DNA from: a virus
Reading direction: 5' to 3' (one strand)
DNA: 64,000 nt
IMG/VR virus record: IMGVR_UViG_3300035661_003606
Span: 6,757-70,756 of that record
Shown in pieces: positions 10,018 to 18,978 of the stretch. The position numbers and the translations under genes are program-made. The first letter of the stretch is position 1. The number at the start of each line of letters is the position of its first letter. The notes under the pieces are model-generated. The model was not told where the DNA came from, did not search any database, and was given only the letters and a program-made list of their open reading frames with translations.

Positions 10018-12045
10018 ATGAAATCATCCGAAATCGTAAAACTACTCAATGACTCTTCAGTTGTAGCTGTTGTAAGTAGCGGCTCACATTCCCTCGCCTT
10101 GAAAAGTGACGGGACGGTCTTGGCGTGGGGGAGGAATTTTGACGGCCAACTCGGCAACGGGACTAGGGACGATAGCAATGTTCCCGTCCAAGTTTTGGGG
10201 CTGAGCGGAATTACGGCTATCGCAGCGGGCCATTCTCATTCCCTCGCCTTGAAAAACGACGGTACGGTCTGGGCGTGGGGTGCTAACTGGTCTGGCGAAC
10301 TCGGCAACGGGACCAACACGTGTAGCAATGTCCCCGTCCAGGTTTCAGGGCTCACTGGCGTTACGGCTATCGCTGGAGGCTTTTGTCATTCCCTTGCCCT
10401 CAAAAGTGACGGGACAGTCTGGGCATGGGGTGATAATGGAGGCGGCCAACTCGGCAATGGGACCAACACATGGAGCAATGTCCCCGTTCAGGTTTCAGGT
10501 TTAACTGGAATTATGGCCATTGCGGGGGGCTGTTATCATTCCCTCGCCTTGAAAAATGACGGTACGGTCTGGGCCTGTGGGTATAATGGTTTCGGCGAAC
10601 TCGGCAACGGGACCAACTCCGATAGCAGTCTCCCCGTCCAGGTTTCAGGGCTCACTGGGGTAACGGCCATCGCGGGGGGCTGGTCTCATTCCCTCGCCTT
10701 GAAAAACGACGGTACGGTCTGGGCATGGGGGTGGAATTACCTCGGCGCACTCGGCAACGGAACCTGGAACAGTAGCAATATCCCCGTCAAAGTTTCAGGA
10801 CTTACGGGGCTCACTAAAATCGCGGGTGGCTATCTCCATTCCCTCGCCTTGAAAAACGACGGCACGGTCTGGGCCTGGGGGTGGAACGGTTGGGGCCAAC
10901 TCGGCAACGGAACCAACACGTGTAGCAATGTCCCCGTCCAGGTTTCAGGGCTCACTGGCGTTACGGCTATCGCGGGAAGTTCTGGCCATTCCCTCGCATT
11001 AAAGAGTGACGGGACGGTCTTGGCCTGGGGATGTAATGATTACGGCCAACTTAGCAATGGGACCTACACTAATAGCAATATCCCCGTCCACGTTTTAGGG
11101 CTCACAGGGGTTACGGCCGTCGTGGAGGGCAGTAATCATTTCCTCGCCTTGAAAAATGACGGGACAGTTTGGGCCTGGGGTGATAATGAATACGGCCAGC
11201 TTGGCAACGGGACCAACACCGGTAGCAATGCCCCCGTTCAAGTTTTAGGGCTCACGGAGATCATTGCAATCGCGGCTGGAGATTATCATTCCCTCGCCCT
11301 GAAAAGTAACGGGACCGTCTGGGTCTGGGGGTGGAATTTTTACGGCCAACTCGGCAACGGGACCTACACTAGTAGCAATGTCCCCATCCAGATTTTGGGG
11401 TTCACTAGGGTTATTGCCATTGCTGGGGGCTATGACCATTCCCTCGCCTTAAAAAATGACGGTACGGTCTGGGCCTGGGGGCGTAATTATTGGGGTCAAC
11501 TCGGCAATGAGACAACTATAGATAGCAATTACCCTGTTAAGGTCTCAGGGCTCACGAGGGTCACTAAAATCGCGGGAGCCCGTTGTCATTCCCTCGCATT
11601 GAAAAATGACGGGACGGTTTGGGCATGGGGGTATAACGATGACGGCGAACTCGGCAACGGGACCTACTCCCAGAGCAATCTCCCCGTCCAGGTTGCAGGG
11701 CTCACTGGCGTTACGGCCATCGTTGGGGGTAGTCGTCATTCCCTTGCCTTGCGGAATGACGGTACAGTCTGGACGTGGGGTAATAATGAATACGGCCAGC
11801 TTGGCAACGGGGCCAATGCCAATAGCAATCTCCCCGTCCAGGTTGCAGGGCTCACTAGCGTCACAGCTATCGCGGCGGGCTGGGCTCATTCCCTCACCTT
11901 GAAAAATGATGGGACGGTCTTGACCTGGGGATGGACTAATTACGGTCAATTTGACAACGGGGTTCGCATCAATAGCAAAATCCCTAACCAGTTTGACACA
12001 CGAGCCAAACGTCAATTTGTTGTGCAATTGGAGTGGTCAAGTTGA
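10018..12045 (+). CDS. RCC1-repeat protein (13 repeats, probable double propeller)
   Basis: 13 DGTV(W/L)xWG units at 150-nt period. Confidence 0.92.
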   Translation: MKSSEIVKLLNDSSVVAVVSSGSHSLALKSDGTVLAWGRNFDGQLGNGTRDDSNVPVQVLGLSGITAIAAGHSHSLALKNDGTVWAWGANWSGELGNGTNTCSNVPVQVSGLTGVTAIAGGFCHSLALKSDGTVWAWGDNGGGQLGNGTNTWSNVPVQVSGLTGIMAIAGGCYHSLALKNDGTVWACGYNGFGELGNGTNSDSSLPVQVSGLTGVTAIAGGWSHSLALKNDGTVWAWGWNYLGALGNGTWNSSNIPVKVSGLTGLTKIAGGYLHSLALKNDGTVWAWGWNGWGQLGNGTNTCSNVPVQVSGLTGVTAIAGSSGHSLALKSDGTVLAWGCNDYGQLSNGTYTNSNIPVHVLGLTGVTAVVEGSNHFLALKNDGTVWAWGDNEYGQLGNGTNTGSNAPVQVLGLTEIIAIAAGDYHSLALKSNGTVWVWGWNFYGQLGNGTYTSSNVPIQILGFTRVIAIAGGYDHSLALKNDGTVWAWGRNYWGQLGNETTIDSNYPVKVSGLTRVTKIAGARCHSLALKNDGTVWAWGYNDDGELGNGTYSQSNLPVQVAGLTGVTAIVGGSRHSLALRNDGTVWTWGNNEYGQLGNGANANSNLPVQVAGLTSVTAIAAGWAHSLTLKNDGTVLTWGWTNYGQFDNGVRINSKIPNQFDTRAKRQFVVQLEWSS

Positions 12046-12089
12046 CAAAGAGAACCACCAAAACTAACAACTACGAGGAAAACAACGAA

Positions 12090-12283
12090 ATGAAATTGAC
12101 CAAGCGAGCAAAAGCATTTGACAAATCCGCAGTCATAGCGACTATCAAACTTGATAATGGATTAGAACATGCTATTGCTTTGCAGAATGACAGGACGGTC
12201 TAGGCGTGGGGGGGTACAACAATTCCGGTCAGCCTAGAAACAAGACAACTAAACACAGTAAATCTCCCTTTCAGGTGACTTAG
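12090..12283 (+). pseudogene. degenerate single-repeat RCC1 cassette
   Basis: MKLTKRAKAFDKS..HAIALQNDRTV*AWG: TAG at 12201 replaces TGG; a G7 run shifts the frame, then YNNSGQ..SPFQVT* ends at 12283. Confidence 0.8.
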
Positions 12284-12380
12284 TTAACAGCCAAATTTCG
12301 AGTCAATACTCTAAATTCTGTGGTGCAATCAGGCATAGGGGATTAGAGACGTTTGCATTTGAGCAGAAAGGAGCGATCGA
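12284..12380 (+). repeat. conserved RCC1-array intergenic spacer, copy 3 (diverged)
   Basis: 97 nt; retains TCGAGTCAAT, GATTAGAGACGTTTGCA, TTGAGCAGAAAGGA. Confidence 0.85.
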
Positions 12381-12587
12381 ATGAAATCGGCTAGGGTTTC
12401 AAAACCATTCGACACATCTGTATTTACAAAAATTATCACGCTCGCTACTAGTAGGGGCTCACATTCCCTCGCCTTGAAAAAAGACGGTACGGTCTGGGCT
12501 TGGGGGGGTAACTGGGCAGGCCAGCTTGGCAACGGGGCCGATATCACCAGCAGCAATCTTCCTGTCCAGGTTTCAGGATTGAATTAA
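12381..12587 (+). CDS. single-repeat RCC1 mini-gene or truncated cassette
   Basis: MKS..KPFDTS leader plus one intact repeat; too short to form a propeller alone. Confidence 0.7.
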   Translation: MKSARVSKPFDTSVFTKIITLATSRGSHSLALKKDGTVWAWGGNWAGQLGNGADITSSNLPVQVSGLN

Positions 12588-12656
12588 ACTTGAAGCATAA
12601 TAACCACGGACAACTTTAAATCGATACACTTAAAAATTAATAGCAAGGAGTACAAT

Positions 12657-13376
12657 ATGAGAGAAGATATTGATATTTATGCTATCCCTCCGGATGATAA
12701 GGGGTGGCGGATACTACCTAATGGGAACAAAGTGATGCTAGGTGAAGATGTAAAACTAGGCTATGGTGTGCAGCTTGGTGAATATGTTAGTATTGGTTCT
12801 GGCACGAGAATTGGTGGTCTCGTGTGGATAGGTAATTTTGTATCGTTTAAGAATAATGTAGAAGTTGGCAACAAGGTGATGATAGGTCATGGCGTCACTA
12901 TAGGCAAAAATGTTAAATTAGGCAATAGTGTAATTCTTGGCAATGGTGTAATATTATGTGACGACGTACGCCTTGGGGATAACGTGATTCTTGGAGACGA
13001 CACGTGTCTCGGCAGCGGGACAACTAGTGACACACTCTATAAAGATTTTATCTCTGCACTACCAGAAGTATTTGAGGCATGGAAATGGGTGACGGCGGAA
13101 CGTAAATCTCCCTTTTCTGATGTGGTACGGGATTATTCAGATGGAGCCATCGTGGAAGAACCGGCGGCTATTCGCGATAACAAGGTAACTGGCCCAGGCT
13201 TATACGTAGTTCGTCCAGGTTACAGGCCTGAATATCTTGGACTTGCGTGGCCTAACTCAGGACTAATTTGTCTTCGAGTGGAGGTTCGTCGGGAGGATGT
13301 TTGCTTCGGTGGGCTTCCGACTAGGGATGCTATCCTACGCGTCAAAAGACTTAAGGTGCTTAATCAGGTAGGCTAA
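12657..13376 (+). CDS. left-handed beta-helix (hexapeptide repeat) protein
   Basis: about 16 [VI]x[LI]Gxx hexapeptides followed by an unknown C-domain; AAGGAG SD. Confidence 0.85.
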   Translation: MREDIDIYAIPPDDKGWRILPNGNKVMLGEDVKLGYGVQLGEYVSIGSGTRIGGLVWIGNFVSFKNNVEVGNKVMIGHGVTIGKNVKLGNSVILGNGVILCDDVRLGDNVILGDDTCLGSGTTSDTLYKDFISALPEVFEAWKWVTAERKSPFSDVVRDYSDGAIVEEPAAIRDNKVTGPGLYVVRPGYRPEYLGLAWPNSGLICLRVEVRREDVCFGGLPTRDAILRVKRLKVLNQVG

Positions 13377-13478
13377 TAATGAAAGTCGGAGTGAAGCTGA
13401 GAATGCTGCATATTTCCATAGTTAAAACCAAGGCTTGCTCAAAATAATTTCTAAAACTAAAAAGAATTCGGAGGAAAA

Positions 13479-14603
13479 ATGAGCAGAATAATTCTCCTCA
13501 ATGAAATTATAACTATCTCTCGTAAGGATTTAAAATATTGCCATGTACCTAAGAAAGGAAAGCCAATACTTGAAAACTATCCAGCGAAAAAGATATTTGG
13601 CAGAGTAAATTCTATGGACAGGCGAGGCATTGAGATGTCGTTAATGATTCCCATGTTAGAGAATGAAACAATAGTGGGAACGATGGACACTGGAGTTCAA
13701 ATTATTATTCCCACTAAAAAAGTTGACCGCATTCTCGACAAATTTTATGGTACAGACTTTGGCACCGCCGCCTCCTTGCCAGAAGAGATACATATTCCTA
13801 CTCAGAAAACACTAGTGTCGGTAAAGGTTCATCGCCCTGGGGAGGTGAACATGAAGTTTACTCCGACACTCACTACAAATATTGCCGCCGTAGCCGAACA
13901 GATTAAAAAGGGGAATGAGGCATCTAGAGTCACGATCTTTGGCGACATTGGCTCTGGTAAAACTTCACTAGCGGAAACACTATTTAGCGCTATTGGAATT
14001 CCATATATTATTGTAAATCAATATTGGTGGGCCGCAATGCCCTTTGAGGATTTAATTAGCGGCCTAAATTTTCTAGCTGATGTTGGAGCGGAAAGAAAAC
14101 TTGGCATTATGCTTGATAATTTAGATGAACTTGTCGCGAGCACTTTGGTAAGCGATGCAGGGGGACAAGGTACAAGTAGTAGCCAAACAGCTACTCTACT
14201 TTTTCATCTTTCTCGTATATTCCGCCTCTTTCCTGGGACTATTATCTCAACGACCTCTAGTGGTGAAGGTCTCGGTCATTTAAACGCTCAGACTCAATAC
14301 TTTTTTAGTCTTAGTCTAAGTGAAACAGAACGGGCAAGTTTCTGGGAAATGATTTGTCCTACTGCTAGTAAAATGAAAGAAGAAATTGCAAGAGAAAATT
14401 TACCGATTAGTATTATGTGTGCTTTACTAAAGCAAGCTAAGGCCATAGGATCTCTTCATAAAAGAAAGAATCCATCTGACGAAGATGTCAGGTGCGCATT
14501 GCAGTGCTGTGGAAAGAAAGAAGATGGGCAGCAGACTGGGTTTATCAACGCACATTTCCACCCTGATGACCAAGTCAAACAGATTAAACGAAAGGAGGAT
14601 TAA
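13479..14603 (+). CDS. divergent AAA+ ATPase
   Basis: Walker A GDIGSGKT; degenerate Walker B IMLDNLDE; GGAGG SD. Confidence 0.7.
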   Translation: MSRIILLNEIITISRKDLKYCHVPKKGKPILENYPAKKIFGRVNSMDRRGIEMSLMIPMLENETIVGTMDTGVQIIIPTKKVDRILDKFYGTDFGTAASLPEEIHIPTQKTLVSVKVHRPGEVNMKFTPTLTTNIAAVAEQIKKGNEASRVTIFGDIGSGKTSLAETLFSAIGIPYIIVNQYWWAAMPFEDLISGLNFLADVGAERKLGIMLDNLDELVASTLVSDAGGQGTSSSQTATLLFHLSRIFRLFPGTIISTTSSGEGLGHLNAQTQYFFSLSLSETERASFWEMICPTASKMKEEIARENLPISIMCALLKQAKAIGSLHKRKNPSDEDVRCALQCCGKKEDGQQTGFINAHFHPDDQVKQIKRKED

Positions 14604-14604
14604 A

Positions 14605-14892
14605 ATGAAGGCTAAGGCAAAAAACAGGTATTTTGTTAACGACCTTACTCCTTACGTCGGAAGAATTATTACCTTTAAAGTTAATGTTGCTCACTCTGGA
14701 CACAAAGAAGATACTCAAACCCCGTTATTTCTTTTGCGTGAAGTAAAAGAAACTGCCAGTGGGCATTTGTTGCTTGTAGGGGTTAACCTTAAAAGAGTTG
14801 AAGACATTCACACCCTAGACCGTAATACGGTTCCATTTAGATCTTTTAGGGTCGATCGTGTGCAATTCGGCTCTCTAAAGGTGATAGTTTGA
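14605..14892 (+). CDS. small hypothetical protein (possibly WYL/Sm-like beta fold)
   Basis: AAGGAGG SD before ATG 14605; ends FRSFRVDRV, which resembles the WYL RxFRxDRI tail. Confidence 0.55.
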   Translation: MKAKAKNRYFVNDLTPYVGRIITFKVNVAHSGHKEDTQTPLFLLREVKETASGHLLLVGVNLKRVEDIHTLDRNTVPFRSFRVDRVQFGSLKVIV

Positions 14893-14895
14893 CCA

Positions 14896-15204
14896 ATGAA
14901 TAACCTTGTCAAAGAGTCAAGAGAGGCTATTAGAGCGTTTATAGAGAATCCAACTAGGCAACGGTTAATAGCCATAAAGAAGCTAACCGATGAAGACAAT
15001 CGAGCAGCTGGGCCTTGTTTAGTGAGCAAACACTGCGTTTTAAAAACAACAAACATCTCTGAATGCGCAAAGTGTCCCCTAGGAACGGTAAATGAAGTTG
15101 GTGATACCATGTGCTGGTTCGTTAGACTAGACAATCCTATAACCTGGAAAAAGCATAAGGCAACAATACTTAAAGCTTTAATAGAATTTCAGGCCGGGCT
15201 TTAA
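14896..15204 (+). CDS. Cys-rich hypothetical protein (paralog of 20622-20957)
   Basis: FIENPT..PC..CAKCPL..MC pattern. Confidence 0.6.
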   Translation: MNNLVKESREAIRAFIENPTRQRLIAIKKLTDEDNRAAGPCLVSKHCVLKTTNISECAKCPLGTVNEVGDTMCWFVRLDNPITWKKHKATILKALIEFQAGL

Positions 15205-15221
15205 ATCTTAAGGAGGAATTT

Positions 15222-16739
15222 ATGGAACTGAAAAAACTAGGAATATATGGGTGTGAGGCCATTGAAGACCTCATAGCCGCATCTATTTTAACCGGAGATT
15301 CGGCTATGTTTATTGGCAGTGCTGGAACTGGCAAAACATTTATGCTAGAGAGACTGGCCGAAGCTCTCGATCTTAAGTTCATTGCCTATAATTGTTCATC
15401 TAATAATTTTGAAGATCTTATTGGATTTCCCATTCTGAATTCAGATAAATCGGCGATGGACTTTATCCCTACCCCAACATCTATTTGGGGAGTTAACCTT
15501 GTTCTTCTTGATGAGATTAATAGGGCTAGGCTTGACATTCAGAATCACTATTTTCAGCTCATTAGGAATCGTAGCATCCAGGGGAAGAAAGTAGATAGTC
15601 TTAAATGGGTTTTTGCCGCGATGAACCCATTGAGTTATGCAGGAACTCAGCCGCTTGATAAAGCTCTCGCTGACCGTTTTGCTTGGGTTATCAGGACTCC
15701 TGCTTTTCATGTAATAAACGAGGAAGATAGACATAGTATTATAAGTAATATCACATGTGACGATGCTCCTGCTATGAGTCATTGGGGCTTTTCTAAGTCA
15801 TTTAGCCGAGACGAGAAATTGACAGTTGAACTAAAGTCATATTTCAAAGCCGCAGCCGCCATTTACAATCAGTATCTTAACGATTGTAACGATGTGATCC
15901 AATATGTAGACGATTTTATTATTTCAGTTAACAATGCAAGCGGTTACTCTGGGACCATAGAGGGCCGCAGAGCGGGTATTCTCCTTCGCAACATCCTTTC
16001 TCTCGCGGCAGTTAGAGAGGCTAGTGGCTTACCTGGTGGCCTGGAAGCAGCAGCAGGTAAAGCTATTTTCCATTCGTTCATCAATGAAGCTGTTGATGAA
16101 CCTATTCCAAACAAGGTACTTGAGACTGCCCATGAGAAGGCCAAGGTATATCTGCGTAAGTCCGCCTCGTCTATCATGGAGACTATTGAGCGTTTACCTT
16201 ATTCAATTCAAAAAATAGCTAAGGGTATGAGATATAACATTGATCCGGTAGTCTTGGGTGGATATATAAACGCCCACCTCTCGGAGATTAATTCGGACCC
16301 AATGGCGATGGAAGCTTTTGCTTTAGCCATTTGGCCATTTCTAAAAAATTCTAACGTTACCAATGATGCTCTTGCTTCTATAGCCAGCATAATTTCCATT
16401 ATACTTTCTAACCAAGACTCGGACTTTTATCAGGATGTATCACTTAGAGAAGAAATAGATATTAAGACGTCGGGGGCACTTGAACTGAACCATATAATTG
16501 ATTTGATAACTCCAAATCCCAAACAGAATTTTACTAATATATCTAACTTGCTTAATTCAAAAGATGTCTATGACGAGATATCTCACCGCCAAGGACTAAG
16601 ACCAAAGTTGTCGTCCCATACAGACTTTTCAGCCGAAAAAGTGAGAGGAGCTAAGATGTTAAAGGCTTATATGTACGTGTTGTCCAATAACAATTTTACT
16701 CCAGATGTATTTGCCTCATCTCAACAGAAGGAGGTATAA
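15222..16739 (+). CDS. MoxR-family AAA+ ATPase
   Basis: GSAGTGKT, EDLIGFP, LLDEINRA, AAMNP, LDKALADRF; AAGGAGG SD. Confidence 0.88.
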   Translation: MELKKLGIYGCEAIEDLIAASILTGDSAMFIGSAGTGKTFMLERLAEALDLKFIAYNCSSNNFEDLIGFPILNSDKSAMDFIPTPTSIWGVNLVLLDEINRARLDIQNHYFQLIRNRSIQGKKVDSLKWVFAAMNPLSYAGTQPLDKALADRFAWVIRTPAFHVINEEDRHSIISNITCDDAPAMSHWGFSKSFSRDEKLTVELKSYFKAAAAIYNQYLNDCNDVIQYVDDFIISVNNASGYSGTIEGRRAGILLRNILSLAAVREASGLPGGLEAAAGKAIFHSFINEAVDEPIPNKVLETAHEKAKVYLRKSASSIMETIERLPYSIQKIAKGMRYNIDPVVLGGYINAHLSEINSDPMAMEAFALAIWPFLKNSNVTNDALASIASIISIILSNQDSDFYQDVSLREEIDIKTSGALELNHIIDLITPNPKQNFTNISNLLNSKDVYDEISHRQGLRPKLSSHTDFSAEKVRGAKMLKAYMYVLSNNNFTPDVFASSQQKEV

Positions 16740-17561
16740 ATGCTTAAGATAACCTGTTTTACTCCCAACAAAGACAAGGCAATGTTAGAAAACATTTTGC
16801 TACTTATAGAGTCTGAATCTGACGAGAAGCGCATAGCCATATTTAGAGAATTTAATGACTTCGGAGAGGTTCACTGTAAAGGCTGGCCCATTCTCAATCA
16901 AGAAGATTATGATAATTGTATGCTTATAGTTAAAAACCAAGGACTTAATGAATCATTTGTGGTGGACAGTCCGGACTCTGAAAATGCTAACGTTATAACT
17001 AATATTTTCCGACATACTTTACTGCCTGGACCATTTCATAAAGTCATTTCCACTTCTATTGCAGCTGATTTTTGGAGTGCTGCACAGCTTCGTGCCAATA
17101 GACCACAAAGCTATGGCGAATCAGTTGATATTTTTACTTTCGATGCACTAAAAGAAATGTGGAAATCTATTGGGAAAAGTGGATTTAGCAGTAAAAGTAA
17201 ATCAGACTTATACGAGGGATTTGCTGAATCTGCAAGTGATATAGCCACTAGTCCAGAAAGCGAGGAATTCTGTAATCAACTTCCTGCTCGTATGATACAA
17301 TTGGAAAATAACTATCATACTACTTATATGAAGCCCAATACTACCATCATGTCTCCTACCAAGGTCTTAGCTCTCACCTCCAGAATATCTGGAAAAGTGC
17401 TCTATAACAAAGAGTCCTCGCCAGAGATTACTAATGATACAATTAGAAATAGACACATCATTGTAGACTTAATCGATCCATATAAAGATCCGATAGAAAG
17501 CGGTTTTACTACGGAGCAAGAAGCTCTGGCTGCTCTGACACCTATTCCTCACAAGGAATAA
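16740..17561 (+). CDS. hypothetical protein
   Basis: 273-aa ORF between the MoxR and vWA genes, AAGGAGG SD. Confidence 0.65.
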   Translation: MLKITCFTPNKDKAMLENILLLIESESDEKRIAIFREFNDFGEVHCKGWPILNQEDYDNCMLIVKNQGLNESFVVDSPDSENANVITNIFRHTLLPGPFHKVISTSIAADFWSAAQLRANRPQSYGESVDIFTFDALKEMWKSIGKSGFSSKSKSDLYEGFAESASDIATSPESEEFCNQLPARMIQLENNYHTTYMKPNTTIMSPTKVLALTSRISGKVLYNKESSPEITNDTIRNRHIIVDLIDPYKDPIESGFTTEQEALAALTPIPHKE

Positions 17562-17565
17562 ACAA

Positions 17566-18978
17566 ATGCCGGACAAGAAAGCATTCAATCCGGAAGAGTT
17601 TAGAAAAGATGTTATTAACGCTATGGGGGCCAACGCCCTAGCCATGTCAAGCTTTGTAAGAGTAGCTGATATACAGTTTGACACTTCTGTCCCCACTGCC
17701 GCAATTTCTTTGGACGGTTTGCCTGTTATTCATGTTAACCCAGACTTCGTGGAAAAATACGCTACTACCCCAGAACATAGATTTGTCCTTATCTACCATG
17801 AGCTACTGCATATGATACTTGGGCATGGTGTTAAAATCAAAGACATGTCAGACAATGTAATAGCCGATGCCCTTATCAATTCTATCATATGCTGCCAGTA
17901 TCCTCAAGCTAGATATACTCGGTTCTTTACAAATTTTTACGACGCTAAGAAGTTTCCAGATAACATTTTAAGACCGTATTCCAAGTTCGATAAATTTACC
18001 CACCGGCAAAAGTACCGTAAGCTATATTCTTTTTCGGGTATGTCCTGGCAAGACTTAAGGCGCTGGTATGACGAAAACACTAAAGAAGCAGGCAAGCCCC
18101 TAGAAACCCCCACCCTTCTTGGAACTCACGGAAAGGCAAAGACCGAGGGCAGTGGAGAGGTCTTGCTTCCTATAGCCGATGGGATTCGTAAATCTATTGA
18201 AAACGCTATTCGAGAGGAAGTAGAAAAAGAGCAAAATAGGATCAGGCAGAAATACTATAGGAGAAGTAACCCAGACTTTAATAAAATGGAAAAGGAGTTA
18301 CAAGAATGTACAGAGCAGGGTTTTTCAAATAGCGTTTTTCTTAGAGCCATTACGAGAATGACCGAGTCAGTTAGGAAGAAAAGTGCTATTGAAAAAGTTC
18401 TTCTTGCTCAGTCTAAACAAAGTCTTTCCTCTCGTGTTGAGACTGCTATCCGTGGGATGTTCCCCAAAATTCCACTCATGACCCCTATCCCTAATTTTAG
18501 AGATAGATATGCGATTGCCGCCCAACAAGCCGGGGTGTACCGTCCCTTCTATAAGAACCCATTACTACCGAGAGATTATGGGGCGTGTAGCATTTATGTT
18601 GATGTCTCTGAAAGTATGGGTAATTATATGCGGCTAGTATATAAAGTTGCCGTTGATTGCAAGGATTATCTAGACGATAAAATCTTTTTATTCTCTAATG
18701 TTATTGAGCCAATCACTAAAAATGAACTATTAAAGGGAGTTGTTAAAAGCACAGGAGGGACTGACTTTAACATAATTATATCTCACATGGAGAAAAACAA
18801 AATTAAAAAGGCAGTTTTGTTCACCGACGGGTGGGCAGGGATAAATAAGGATGGTCTTAGGTCCATAGAAAAGCACGGTTTAAGTATTATCTGTGTTCTA
18901 ACTCCTCACGGGACAGAAGCCAATGTTAAGAAAATGTCTAAGCAAATTATAAAGATTGAGGAAGGAGACATTAAATGA
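17566..18978 (+). CDS. HExxH metallopeptidase-like + vWA protein (DUF2201-like)
   Basis: VPTAA..VNPDF..HELLH; MIDAS VDVSES, GGTDF, FTDG. Confidence 0.85.
   Translation: MPDKKAFNPEEFRKDVINAMGANALAMSSFVRVADIQFDTSVPTAAISLDGLPVIHVNPDFVEKYATTPEHRFVLIYHELLHMILGHGVKIKDMSDNVIADALINSIICCQYPQARYTRFFTNFYDAKKFPDNILRPYSKFDKFTHRQKYRKLYSFSGMSWQDLRRWYDENTKEAGKPLETPTLLGTHGKAKTEGSGEVLLPIADGIRKSIENAIREEVEKEQNRIRQKYYRRSNPDFNKMEKELQECTEQGFSNSVFLRAITRMTESVRKKSAIEKVLLAQSKQSLSSRVETAIRGMFPKIPLMTPIPNFRDRYAIAAQQAGVYRPFYKNPLLPRDYGACSIYVDVSESMGNYMRLVYKVAVDCKDYLDDKIFLFSNVIEPITKNELLKGVVKSTGGTDFNIIISHMEKNKIKKAVLFTDGWAGINKDGLRSIEKHGLSIICVLTPHGTEANVKKMSKQIIKIEEGDIK

Noticed and set aside
8864-12380. Integron attC sites as the identity of the RCC1 spacers
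   Set aside because: TAAC follows the stop codon, but there is no matching GTTRRRY end, no long imperfect palindrome and no integrase in the window.
7754-12587. Diversity-generating retroelement acting on RCC1 repeats
   Set aside because: No reverse transcriptase or non-coding template repeat in the window; differences between repeats are not limited to adenine positions and move as blocks.
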